From contig OZ024743.1 of the NCBI GenBank assembly GCA_964016885.1, positions 255,006,001 to 255,070,000 of the forward strand: a stretch of 64,000 bases of DNA. Direction: 5' to 3'. This document shows positions 51,320 to 64,000 of this stretch, one piece after another. The notes under the pieces are model-generated. The model ran no database searches. It saw nothing but the letters and a program-made list of their open reading frames with translations, and was not told the DNA's origin. The translations under genes were made by a program, and so were the position numbers. The stretch is from Eledone cirrhosa (taxonomy: Eukaryota). Every line of letters starts with the position of its first letter. The first letter of the stretch is position 1.

Positions 51320-51712
51320 CTTGCATGGGCAGATGTAGGCAACATAAGTCATGCAGGATGCAACCCTTATAGGAGGGTAGTTTCTCCAAATAAAAAATAT
51401 GAGTACATGTGAGCCTTGAGAAGGCAGCCCATCTAGGCAGGCAGTGAATCTAAATAAAAGAAGACTGCACGGGCTGATATGGGCTCCGTAATTCATGAAG
51501 AATGCAGCCTGTATAGGAGGGCAGTGGCTCCAAATATGATGAGATTGCACAGAATAGATGTGGACTCTTTAGCCATGCAGAAGGCAGCCCATCTAGGAGC
51601 ACAGTGACTCCAAATAAAATAAGACTACATGGGGATGACGTGGACTCTATAAGCAAGGCAGAAGGCAATCCATCTTGGAGAGCAATTGCTCTGAATAAAA
51701 ACTGCTACAGGG
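51320..51712 (+). repeat. About five ~80-bp tandem units upstream of an RTE endonuclease remnant
   Basis: Unit resembling catgcagaaggcagcccatctaggagggcagtgactccaaataaaa...; starts near 51349, 51415, 51494, 51574 and 51654. Confidence 0.8.
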
Positions 51713-52039
51713 TAGAGAGAATCCTTCAATCCAGCAAGACAATTTCTCTAGTACTGGTGGCAAGAATAATGCACCCAGTCCATTTTGTAAAATGGTTGGT
51801 GATAGGAAGGGCATCAAGCCAGTAAAACCTTGCCAAAACTATGCAAAGTACAACACATGAATCTCTCACTAATTGTGTATACATGACTAACAATTGTTAT
51901 GTTAGTACTGTGCATTGTAGTAGGGTGGCTAACTTTGCCATGTGTGAGAATCCCTGACTTTCATCAAGCAATCGCAAACCCTTATTCCCTTGCCAATAAA
52001 AAAACTGCAAAAAGACCAAACCACCATTACCAGGTATTT

Positions 52040-52700
52040 TATCTCAAAGCTGCTACACTCAGTGTGGGCACAGTAAAAGGGAGATCATGCAAAATTGTGG
52101 AGTTGCTTGAGAGGTGAGGAATGAATGTATGCTGTGTTTAGGAGGTGAGATGGAGAGGCAGATCTGGAAAACTTCTCACAGGCAAGCAACATAGATAAAA
52201 GTTCTTCTAGGTGGGTAATGGTTAAGGGGTAAGTGGAGTAGGCATCTTCTTGCAGAGAAGTGGGTAGATAAGATAATCAAAGTAGTTACAGTAAGCGAGA
52301 GCATTATCAAATTTAGAATAGGCATAGACAATAAAATGATAACAATTATCTCTAGCTATGCACCATGAGTAGGACTAAGTAAGTAAAAAAAGGTTTTTAT
52401 GAACATTTTCTACAGACAAGCTCAGTTATTGATGACAGACTTCATCATCCTAACAGATGACTTTAATGGACATGTTCGACAGCATAAGGACGGTTACACT
52501 GGTGTATATGAAAGCTATGACCCAAGTAATGGAGAGTGAATGAGACTCATGGAATTCTGTGATGCAAATGATTTAACCATTTTCAACACGAAATTGAGGA
52601 AACAGGACAGCTACTGGATCACCTACTAGTCAAGCGAATGCATAAGCCAGATTGACTTTATGATTGTTAGAAAGTGAGATACACAGATAGTTGATTTTTA
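52040..52700 (+). mobile_element. RTE LINE AP-endonuclease remnant
   Basis: ATLSVGTVKGRSCKIVELLER...EVRWRG...GVGI...SYAP...DDFNGHV...ITY*S...SQIDF. Confidence 0.8.
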
Positions 52701-53015
52701 CATCTTCAAAAGCTTTTTGATTAAGATGGTCATAGGTCTCTTAGCTCGATGATGAGAGAGCTCAGCTGGAATCTGAGAGATACGAAGTCCGATTACTTTT
52801 TCCATCTCTATGGGTCTTTACCCATTTTGTATCAGATATTTTATACCAAATGACTGTAATTTTAAATACTTTCAGCACCTGAGAATCTAACACTGATCAA
52901 TCCTTCCATCCTCTTCTATTCAAAACCTTGTCTTCAGCAGCTGGACTAAAGTGTCATATAAGATGAACTGAGAAGACTGTTGGATGATATACGATGGGTG
53001 AGTCCATCATATATG

Positions 53016-53087
<72 letters not shown>

Positions 53088-53335
53088 CAGATGTGTATAG
53101 ATAGATATACATATATATAGATATGTGTATGTGGGTAATGTACGTATATATGTGAGGTTACATAGCTATATGTGTTTTTTAATGATAAAATTGCAAGGTG
53201 TTGCCATGTTGTTTTCTTAAGGAAATCGTTCTTCATAGGAATTCCTGCAAACTATTAAACATGTAACTGCCAGTCTCGCAGTCCTCTTAAATGTTATATT
53301 ATATTACATTTTTTATATCATGATGATGATTTATC

Positions 53336-53340
<5 letters not shown>

Positions 53341-53426
<86 letters not shown>

Positions 53427-53457
53427 ATCTATCTATCTATCTATGTATATATATATT

Positions 53458-53512
<55 letters not shown>

Positions 53513-53515
53513 GTA

Positions 53516-53554
<39 letters not shown>

Positions 53555-53876
53555 ATATATATGTATGTTTGTATATATATATATATATGTATGTATGTAT
53601 ATATATATATATATATATCACTCGTTAAGCGCATCGGTAGGAGTTCTCCTACATGGATATAAAGTTGTGGTCGTACTCTAAAACGAGTTGGCAGCCACCA
53701 TATATATATATATGTATGTGTATATATATATGTATATATATATATGTATATATATTTATGTATATATATATATGTATATATATATATATGTATGTATGTG
53801 TATATATATATATGTATGTGTATATATATATGTATGTATATATATATGTATGTATATATATACATATATATATATG

Positions 53877-53948
<72 letters not shown>

Positions 53949-53990
53949 TATATATATATGTATGTATATATATGTCTAAATATATATATC
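53341..53990. repeat. (CT)n followed by long (TA)n/(TATG)n microsatellites
   Basis: Directly visible. Confidence 0.97.
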
Positions 53991-54734
53991 CTCGCAACCT
54001 AAATGGTGCTGAAATATCTTTTATTTTTGTTTCCACAACCAACCATTGCCTTAAAAATATCGACTTTGAGAAAAGATAACAAAAAAATACAAAACACAGG
54101 CAGAATATTTGAAGGGATGGAGAGGCAGAGGATGAGAAGAGTAAAAATAATAAAACATTTTTTCTTCATTTTTACAACCTCTGGCTTCAAATTGAAAATA
54201 TATCACAAAAATGTAATCTGAGGGGAAAAAAAAAAAAAAAACTGAAATACAAAATATATGTTGAATTAAAAAGAAAATAGAATGATGGAGAAGGAAAGGA
54301 AGAATGTGAGAAAAATGCAAACATAATATGTACCATTAAATGGTGGTGGTGTTGCTGGGTGGTGGGTATTACAAGACAGGCAGTGATGGTTGGGGAGAAA
54401 ACCAGGAAGGCTATATCACTTATATTAAGATTTCAATAAGGACGTTGTTAAGTTTGTAGATAAACGAAATTGCTGATGTGACATTCTATATTACTGATTT
54501 TTCTTGCTTAATAGAACACCAGAATTTCTGTAATTACTTTTCATAAGCTATGTCCAGCATTTATCTGTCTGCTTGTATTTTAGATTTGTTTTTGTTGAAA
54601 AAGTAGATATATATAAAGACATACATATGTATGTGAATGTTTATGTGTATATACATGTATGATGCTGTCTATAATCTAAGGTCAAATCCTGTTGAGGTTC
54701 GCTTTGCTTTCCATCCTCATATATCTATGAACAC

Positions 54735-54962
54735 CCACCACAGCTGCTAATTCAGTCACCCAGCCCACATTGTGAAGTGGTTGTGTAGGCATCACAACAA
54801 AACACCCACTACCTAAAGGAGGTTGGCATTGGGAAGGGCATCCAGCTGTAGAAACAAAGCCAAAATAAGTCCTGTATGAACAAGACATGGTCACCAACCT
54901 TGCATTGCCCACAACAGGACAACCTGTCTAACAAATGCTAGTGTGGAAAATGGACAGAAATA

Positions 54963-55044
<82 letters not shown>

Positions 55045-55056
55045 ATTATCATCATA

Positions 55057-55093
<37 letters not shown>

Positions 55094-55293
55094 ATGTTAT
55101 GTTGGTACCACAAAACATCCAGCTCACACTGTAAATGTGGTTGGCGCTAGGAAGGGCATCTAGCCATAGAAAACCAACCAGAAACAGTCCTATATGAGCA
55201 AGACATAGTCATCCGACCCAACTTGCCTCTAAGTGGGACAAACCCGTCTAACCCATGCTAGCGTGGAAGATGTACATTAAACGATGATGATGA
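54735..55293 (+). mobile_element. Two RTE 3'UTR / SINE-tail fragments separated by (TA)n
   Basis: ggaagggcatccagctgtagaaa...aacccgtctaacccatgctagcgtggaa...gatgatg. Confidence 0.8.
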
Positions 55294-55817
55294 TTTCAAT
55301 GAAAACAGATGTTGGTTTCCTTATATTCCTTTTATGTTGAAAAATCACAATACATATTTCTATGAAATGCTTACATCATCAGATCAAGACTCAAAGCATT
55401 TGGTGATGTCATTGGGTGTAAATTGCAAATATTAAGTAATTAATTACTGGATTATGGCAAACATAAATGGAGAATAAAATTGGTATGCAGGTAGCCCACC
55501 AGTCAGTGTGACTGCTATGACAAATGGCGTTTGTATGCCACACACTCGAGAATACTATACATTGTGAGTTCTTAGGCACAACCAAGGGATGGGGTTATAG
55601 CCAGTGACAGAATTCTGTCATACACTGATATGTGATACTATCAATCAGAGCCAATGAATATGATCAGATGAACCAGCACTCTAGGCCGAGGTGACCTGCT
55701 CGAATAGATTCCGCATCACAGCTTCAACCTGATTGGGAATGGTTGCCAATGACCTGATGAATTATTGTGATACTATATGGACATTTTATACTTGTATCAT
55801 GATTTATACTTTAAAAT

Positions 55818-56020
55818 CAGTGGATTGGCAGTGTCGGACACCATGCTTCAGGGCATAGAGTTATGTCCCTTTACATTCTGAGTTAAAATTACCCCAGAGT
55901 TAGCTTTACCTCTCGTCCTTACGGGGTTGATGAAATAAAGTACAAGTCATGCAATGGTGTTGATTTAATCAACTTTCTCCTCCAAAATTGCTGGCCTTTT
56001 GCCTAAATCAGAAACCATTA
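55818..56020 (+). mobile_element. SINE family A
   Basis: Family consensus match, diverged. Confidence 0.8.
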
Positions 56021-56089
56021 TGATTTATAATTTAGGTATACTGTGTATTGTGTTATGGCATATAACTTATACTTTATATCTTTAATTAT

Positions 56090-56520
56090 ATTTTATTTCA
56101 TATTTTATATTATATTTCATATATAATTTGTAATTTTTTGATATTACGTCAGTCCATATGGACTCCGCATCAATACCTAATTAATTAGTTAATTTTTTCA
56201 ACTAATTCCCTACATTTATTACTTATTGTAATTATCTACTCTTTATAATTTATTTACTTTTTATAATTCATCAGTATTAGGATGTATACCATAGGTATTA
56301 TGTATTATGGTGTATTCTTTAGATTTCTATTTTTCTATATTTTATTTTTTATTTCATATCATATTTCATATGTAATTTGTAATATTTGATATTGCATGAC
56401 ACCTCTTGACCCCATAGCATCTACCAACTTATTTAATTAATTACTTTCAACTAATTACTTAATATTATAATTATAATTATCCACTCTTTGTAATTTATTC
56501 ACCTTTATAATTCACCAACT
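56090..56520. repeat. Diverged AT-rich tandem duplication (period about 250 bp)
   Basis: atatttcatatataatttgtaat...ttcaactaatt...aattatctactctttataatttatt occurs twice. Confidence 0.7.
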
Positions 56521-56860
56521 CAATATTTATGAGTCAATATAATCTATCATGCCATGAATGCTACTATTGCTTGCTCTTATCTGGTATGCATTACATCATG
56601 GACTGACTATCTAGCTGTCTTTAGGGTTACTTGTTGGGATGCCAGGATTTGGCTCTCTACCTAGCGTGCTTGAAATAAATGTGACATAATGTACAAGAAA
56701 GTTTTCATATATTGAATCCATTCGATTGTAAAAAACCTTCTGAAGCCTGGGGACTAGAGAATGATGGGGTCAGTCGCATTAATAAGGCCACATCATTGAA
56801 TTTTTTCGCAATATAAACTCATACTGTAAATAAGTTTGTCAACCAGTTACTACTCTTTAA

Positions 56861-57077
56861 CCCTTTAGCATTTAAACCAGCTGTATCTGTCAAGAATTCT
56901 CTCCACTCTTTATGTTCAAACCGGCTGTAACTGGCCACTCATACCGACTTTAAGGTTTTCAAAATAAATAATATCAGAAACCACATAGATTCGATATTCT
57001 GTGCGATAATTATGTGAGATAAAGCCTTTACCATGAAAATACTATAGTCTATAGAGAGTAATGTAAATTTTAAAGAG
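56861..57077. mobile_element. TTAA-flanked piggyBac-like MITE
   Basis: TTAA CCCTTTAGCATTTAAA ... gtaaattttaaagag TTAA. Confidence 0.65.
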
Positions 57078-58002
57078 TTAATTGATTATTTACTTTACAA
57101 ATACTTACTTACATTAGAATCATAATTATTCACTTTTCGTAACCTTATACTTTTTATACTTTTCAAAAGTCTTTACAACTTTTTACTTTTCTTGATTTGT
57201 GTAGCATTATAATTATTGACAATTATTTACCACCATTTATTCCTTGTATAATCTGAAAAAAATTATAACATTTTGCATTAGTAATATTCATTTCCTTTAA
57301 GAGTTTCACCATGATGCTAAGCTGGTTTTCGACCAGAGACTGCTATTACAGAAAATGATTCTGATTGATAGCATCACATATCGGTGCATGGTAGAATTCT
57401 GTTGCCACCAAACACAACCTCCTTTATCATGCCTATGAATCCACAATGCATAGCATTCTCTCGTGTTTGGCATACAGATTCTCTCGTATGTGGCATAGAG
57501 AGGCCGTTCCTTATTATAGTCACACTGACAAGCAGACTGCCTCCATATCAATTCTATTCTCTGTTTATAATTGCCATAATCCAGTAATTGGTTACTTAAT
57601 AATTTATGATTTACACCTGATGGCGTTGCCAAATGTCTTGCATCTTGATCTGATGATGTAAGCAAACCATAGAAATACGTATTGTGATTTTTGCAACATT
57701 AAAGGAGTACATGGAATCCGGCCTTCTGTTCTCATTAAAGCATTTAACTTCATTCCTGCACCACCCACAAGATCTAAAATGTTCGATGGATGATTCACAT
57801 AACGTTAAATGATTTTGTTTATTGCATTATGGTCTGATGATTGGAATGACCAGATTTACCTATTAGTTAAAACATCCAATATAAATGGCATATATATATA
57901 TACTACCCAACATGTGATGGACCTTGTAACAGCATTGAGTTCTTCGATTGGCACATTGCCTGTCACTGTAATTACACACACACACATATATATATATATA
58001 AT

Positions 58003-58105
58003 TAGTTCTGCATGACAAGAACTGTTTTATTCAGTTGAAATCGTAATGATTTCAAACAAATGGACCTGTTCTAGTCCTGTAGAAGTTATTTCTATATGAA
58101 ATAAA
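58003..58105 (+). mobile_element. Highly decayed family P palindrome
   Basis: gacaagaactgttttattc...aatgatttc...tgttctagtcctgtagaagttatttctatat. Confidence 0.6.
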
Positions 58106-59570
58106 TATGTATTTACTTTACTAATTTTATAGGAACCATAAGGATGAAAGGCAGAATTGGCCTTAATGGGATTTGAATATTATATGTAGAGATCCATGAT
58201 TAGATATTACATTACAATCGTTTCTCTTGTTTTTGTTTTTGATATTTTCATCTGACCTGACTCACCCCCAAATTCTACCAGCTTACACATGATTCGATGT
58301 CTATATGGATCCATGACTCCTGGTGTATCTCATCCCTCACCATATCTCAACAAAGCTGATTTTTCATATAGAAGGAGGGAGAGAGAGTGGTAGAAAATAA
58401 ATAAGAAAGAAATATAGAGAAAAAATTGACTGGTACATTTTATTTTACCATTCAAGGATGAAAGGCAAAGTTGACATCAGCGTGTTTTGAACTCAAACTG
58501 CAGCAAGTAAAAATGAATACAGTGTATCATTCTATCTAACATTCAAACGACTCTACACATTTGTCGCCTCCATAATTGTAGATACATTACTATGTATCTA
58601 AGCCAGCTAACAATGTTAGCAACATTTACATGTATAATTCTACCTTTGTCTCCAGGTATTGTTCACAATCAAACTCAGCAGTCCACATCACAGTGGTCAG
58701 CTATACATCACTTTACATCACGCCTTTGTTATATATTGTAATGAAGCATTTTTTACGGTAATTTATTGCAAATCAATGTCGACTGACTGTTGTTTATACT
58801 CTCCTGAAAGATTTATATCAATACATTCAACCACTTAGCACCACTTCTAGCAACAATTAAACCAACTAAACATACATATACATAACAAGCAAAAAACAAA
58901 ACAAATAATAATAGTAAAACAGAACAAAAAAATGATATAAATATTTCAGGGATCTCTGTTTTGTTATGACATGTTTCAATTTACCTGTCCTAGCTCTTCG
59001 GTTTACCTGAGCTTGTGTATTTTTTTTTTCCAATTTGCCTGTCTGTTGTATTTAGGTCTGTCTTTCTTTTATGAGAGATGTATGGCAAATTGAATTAAGC
59101 CACCAATATACATGTTGTGACCTGTTATAAAAAAAACTATGACATCAAGTGCTGCAGTGTGGTGCAGTGTCCTGTAGTGCATTAGGGTGAAGTGTGGTGC
59201 ATTGTGGTGTTACTACATGTTAATGTAGTAAGCTGTGCTATGAAGCATTGTAGTATGTTGTAGTTTGGTGTAGTGGTGTGATTTGCTGTGGTGTGGTTTT
59301 GTGTAATGAGATGTGTTGTATTGTGGGTTGGTGTAGAGAAGTATGTTGTGGTGTGGTGTAGTGCAGTAGAGCAAAGGAAATATTATTGTTGCATTAAATT
59401 AAAACCTAACTGTTGTAAATCTCCATTATTTCTCTTTAATTTAAAGTACCTAGTAAACCCAACAATAGCTTTCAAACTATATATATATATCATCATCATT
59501 GTTTAACATCTGTTTTTTCTGCTAACAAGCATGCAATTACAGATGTACTTATATATGTGTGTAATATGTA

Positions 59571-59771
59571 AAAGAGTCAGTTGAAAAGTTCATAGGCCGA
59601 CCAAGATTCTCTCATGAAATTACCAAATGAAGTTTATTTTTAAATGTAGTCCCTGGAAAGAAACAATGGAGTTATTGATAAAAGAAAGAGTTGAAATTAA
59701 TGCATGCAAGATTTTACAGCTCTCACATCAATCCTTCATAGTCAATCTATAAACTTTTCAGCTGACCCATG
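59571..59771. mobile_element. Mariner-derived MITE
   Basis: Inverted ends gagtcagttgaaaagttcataggccgacca / tagtcaatctataaacttttcagctgaccc; TA on the left side. Confidence 0.65.
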
Positions 59772-59774
59772 TCA

Positions 59775-60960
59775 CATCATCATCGTTATTTTTACATCCG
59801 CTTTTCCATACTTGCATGGTTTGGATAGGTCCTTCTCAGCATGGCATATTTTCACACATCACGATTCCTTGTCATATGCTGTGTGAGTCACAGTGATTTG
59901 AGGGCAACTCTCACAACCTCTGCCCAGGACTTTCTTGGTATACTTCTACTGCAGTTTCCTTCCACTGCCTACTTCCTTTTTACATATTGAGCAGACACAC
60001 TTCCCTGAAGGAATCAGGGTCCTATTTTCTCTCCTACTTATAGCACTTTAGGTTGGGCTAAATTTACTCTCAGGCCTTTTGATTGTAAATTCTGTTTCCA
60101 TAGATTCAGCTCTATGGACCAGATCATCTGCATAGAGTAGTTCCCCTGGGCAGATGGTCTTAAACTCCTCTGTTTAGCCTGGAAAACTATAAAGAAAAGT
60201 AGTGGGCTAAGAACCGAACCATGATGAACTCCTACTTGTACCTTGAATTACTCACTAAACTCATTTCATACTCTCACTTTACTGACAGCTCCTTCGTACC
60301 ATTCTTCTACACTTAATTTATTTAACGACCATCAGGGTACTCTGTCAAATGCTTTATCTAGGTAAATGAAAGCTAGGTATAGTGGATTATTTTTGGCTAA
60401 TAACTACTTTTGTAGTTGCCTCACTAAAAAGAGGGCATCCGTAGTATTTTTTCCCAGGCATGAAACCAAACTTCATGTCATCTGATTTGACTCTTTCTCT
60501 ATATTTATAACTTGGTCCATTAGTTTTATTCCTCTATAGTTGCTCTTTTGTAGGGCATCACCTTTGCCCCTGTAGCAATTTATGATTGTACTGCTGAGCC
60601 TGTTTTTGTGTATGACAATGTCCTGTATTACTTGATTGATTATGCAGCTTACTAGTTTGACTCCTACTTCTCCCAATGATCTTAGCATCTTAGCATCTTA
60701 GCAGCTCTCTCTCTGATGGTCCTGCAGCTTTACCATTTTTCATCTCTTTGATTGTTTTATTAACTCTATAACTGTCAACTTCAGTGACTAGCCCTTCTGT
60801 TGGATAGGTTGGGGTAGTTTCTGTTCCACCCATTCTTGTTCTATTTCATATTTATTTTGATATTACTAATAACTAAGTTGTACTGAGCAGTGCATTCTTC
60901 CCCAGAGAAGGCCTTAGTATGTATTACAGTCCATTTGTCTTGTTGCCGAACAAATAAATA
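59775..60960 (-). mobile_element. Degenerate RTE LINE
   Basis: MLRSLGEVGVKLV...YRGKGDALQKSNYRGIKLMDQ, AFIYLDKAFD, VGVHHGSVLSPLLF, LLYADDL. Confidence 0.85.
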
Positions 60961-61146
60961 GTCAATTTGGCTTTTGTGTTCACCTGATTGAAATGAGATC
61001 AGGTGGCTGGCTGGCTAGTTGCCGGAAATTTGTGTTACAAATTTTTAGTTCATTTGCATCACAAATTCCAGGAATCTCAATTCCTCCTCATTTCTTGTAT
61101 ATATAATACACACATACACATATATATATATATGCACATATGTATG

Positions 61147-61200
<54 letters not shown>

Positions 61201-61387
61201 TATGTATATGTTTATATATATGCACATATGTATGTGTTTATATATATATATATATATTTATATATGAAATTATAAATGTGAGGAAAAATTAGACAATGAA
61301 TTACCTATTTTTTCTTCAAAGTCCCAACTACAGTCTCATCGACTGGCTTGCAGCAATGATGCACCAGAGAAGTACACCAGCACTGTG

Positions 61388-61425
<38 letters not shown>

Positions 61426-62984
61426 TTACACAAACATAGTGGGCTGCTCATTGAATTAAACATCTGTCCACCTATACATGTATCACACAAAAATAACACT
61501 AGTTTTTATAAGAAATTACTATATATGATGCAAGCTTATATCAAGTTTTTCAGAAGATATTTTCAAGCCATTGTTGAAGCATATCAATTTTTATTCTTTA
61601 TTTTATATATGTATATTTTATCTTGATACTAAGTACCTATTTAACCTGCTATTTTCTTTATCTTTATTTATCATCCTAGCCATCCTCCTTATCTCCTTCA
61701 CTCTATCAATCTAACCTCAAACCAACCACCTCCAACACCACCACCATCTTTATCACTGACATTAATTGTAAGCATTAAAGATATTATCTCAAGAATTAAG
61801 CTGTCTCATTCAGCAGTTTTTGAACATAATTACATATTCATTCTTTTGTTGACCAAAAATAAAATATCATCTGCAGAAATAAATAACAAATAAATTAAAC
61901 AAAATATAACAAAATAAAATACATAAAAATATATAAAACAATTCAACAAAATCTCTTGGATTGTTTTGTTAGGTTTTATAAATAAATTCAACTTTCATTA
62001 AATTCACTTTTTTTGTATTGTTTTGTTTCTTCCCCTTAAAACCAAACCAGTTGAGTAAGATTGTCTTTGAAAGAATCTGTAATTAAAGATAGAGACAATA
62101 CTGAATTAATTACTAAGTAGGGAAGGAATGTGTCAAAATATTTAAAACATTCGCAGACAAACATTTAGATATCTTTCGAAAAAATCTCCACTTTACAACA
62201 AGAAGAATTTATATTGCTAAGAACATGGTGAATATAATGGAGTTTAGATTTTATTTTTTGCTTCTTTATTTTTTTATTTATTCCAGTTTGGGTGAAGTGG
62301 CCTTGGTAGCAAGTTGTTTTCTTCTATTTCTTCTATTTCTCTGTAACGTTTCATTCTGTAAGACATATCTGTGTCCTTGACACTTGTAGCACCTCTCCAT
62401 CCTCACCAAAATATGTGTAGTCATTCATATCTCAATGCTAAAATTCTTATTACTATTCAGAGTTGAATCTTTATAACCCGTTTGATAGCAATCTGCACAA
62501 AACCAGTTCTTTGTCTATGAACAAAACTACCCATTTTAGATAGTCTTATTTAACTCTTAAGAACACGTAATAAGTTAGCAAAAATCTCCAAAATATTGTT
62601 AATTTAAATGTTTATAATATCTTTACTAGTAGCCAAACCATTGGGAAAAGTTCAGTTATTTAAAGCTTTTAACTTTTAATATGATGATGCCATAATGCTG
62701 CTTTGTGCTTTTCAAGAATGTCTTGCTAATGCAGGTTCATGTGGCACAGAAATTTTATGTGGGACACCTTTATTATTCAATTGCTAGACTCTTTCTGCCA
62801 GAGCAATGCTGGTCTTCATATCAGGGTTTCTAAAGCAGTGGAGATGTGAATGAAACCATTGTCGAAGATATAGTACATAGACTGAGATGAAAAACCCTAC
62901 ACCTCAGTTGGGAAATGGCCACCACTGCCACCAAGTAATTCAACATAAAATCATTTAATTATCCTCCCACAGTTAAAAAAGTCA

Positions 62985-63155
62985 ATCCTTGATAATCTAA
63001 TAAGTACCAGAAAATCAAACCTAACACCTATAGCATGATTAATGATGAAGCCAAAGATATTGCCCAAAATGTTAAAATCAATGCTAGTGTAGAATGCTTA
63101 GTTAAACTTGATGCCTTCATTATCCTGAAGAATCACAAACTTCACTTTAAAACAT
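62985..63155 (+). mobile_element. PLE N-terminal/RT fragment (possibly Naiad-type)
   Basis: KYQKIKPNTYSMINDEAKDIAQNVKINASVECLVKLDAFIILKNHKLHF resembles the INxEAKxIA...AFITLKDHK motif of PLE RTs. Confidence 0.6.
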
Positions 63156-64000
63156 GTCAGGGCGGGACTACATTGGTTCTTCGACTTACTGGTGGAGTAC
63201 ACTTTTTTTTACTTCAGTGGAGAGAAGAATTAAAGTGTCTTGCTCAAGAACACAACGCACTGATGGGATTCAAACTCTCAACATTACAATCACGAGACAC
63301 ACACACGGACATAAACGCACACACATACACAGATACAGTAACACACATATGCACACACACACATAAGCAAACAGATACACACACACATATACATACACAT
63401 AAAGACTTATGCACACACACAGATACACACACATAAACACACCACATATACATATATATATACACGTGTGTGAGTGAGTTTATGTACTTATGCAATGGTA
63501 AAAAGAATATACACCTGTGGATTGAATCATTAGTACTGTAGTAAATTATCCTTTCCTTATTTCCACATCTTCACATATATACACACAGCCACATATACAG
63601 ATAACCAAACTATCGTCTATCTTTCTATCTATCTACCTGCCAACCTATCTGTCTATCTACCTCACTCTCTCTCACACACACACACACAAATATATCTATT
63701 CTAGAGAGTGTGTCAATTATATGTATTATTGCATTTCATGAATTACGAAGAATTTGCAAGTTACTTCACCCGGGAAGAATTAATAAGATCTTCACTAACT
63801 TCGCAAGACGATTTGTGTGTGGTGTGGTATGTATGTGTGTTTATATATATAAATATATATGCGTGTGTGTGTCTGCATCGGACATAATTTATATGCTATT
63901 ACATTTACATATATCTAATCAATGGGCGTACAACAGTGCTTAATCTAAGAAGCACGGGACTGCGTATGGTTTATAATTTTTTATCCCCTTAGTAAAATAA

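Larger units (their letters stand above)
55295..57890 (+). mobile_element. Family Q element: inverted arms 55295-55555 and 57478-57740 plus tail, with nested SINE and MITE
   Basis: Arms align in reverse complement; CTGATGA tgtaagcaaaccata GAAA TACGTA TT at 57649-57685. Confidence 0.7.

Noticed and set aside
51320-51712. CRISPR-like periodicity (also 3840-4012 and 17795-18362)
   Set aside because: Whole units are homologous with no unique spacers, the context is eukaryotic and there are no cas genes
57384-57587. LLPPNTTSFIMPM resembling the pogo/Tigger LPPNTTS..QPMD motif
   Set aside because: Only a short match with no surrounding DDE similarity; cannot be supported without a search
61322-61389. 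Possible exon SQLQSHRLACSNDAPEKYTSTV
   Set aside because: Weak AAG acceptor and GTATAT donor; no recognisable homology
62474-62655. Apparent minus-strand PLE endonuclease remnant
   Set aside because: Better explained as a decayed TTAA-type MITE related to 18822-19030
63738-63830. Short ORF MNYEEFASYFTREELIRSS ending near a GTATGT donor
   Set aside because: No promoter or homology support; runs into microsatellite

Overview
AT-rich eukaryotic non-coding DNA, most consistent with an octopus (coleoid cephalopod) intron or intergenic region; this is inferred from the tRNA-derived SINE families, RTE LINEs and very abundant (TA)n/(CA)n/(CT)n microsatellites. No intact host gene is visible, only one fairly good 36-nt micro-exon candidate. 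Most of the window is transposon-derived. It holds a 5'-truncated Tx1/L1-type LINE (6669-9647), a Penelope-like element (PLE) with RT, GIY-YIG, an inverted pLTR piece and a hammerhead (35085-37776), many RTE, RTE-X, CR1 and R4-like LINE fragments, three SINE families, hAT/mariner/piggyBac-like MITEs and a non-autonomous Helitron. The most notable signal is a recurring architecture in at least six unrelated sequence families: a partial inverted copy, a type I hammerhead(-like) motif and a 3' tail, usually embedded in (TA)n. Examples are a 595-nt retrozyme-like tandem unit, a family of tiny palindromes with hammerhead cores on both strands, and a 1.18-kb-arm foldback. A 583-nt circularly permuted tandem unit has similar geometry but no canonical ribozyme. 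All family assignments are by eye from motifs; no database search was run.
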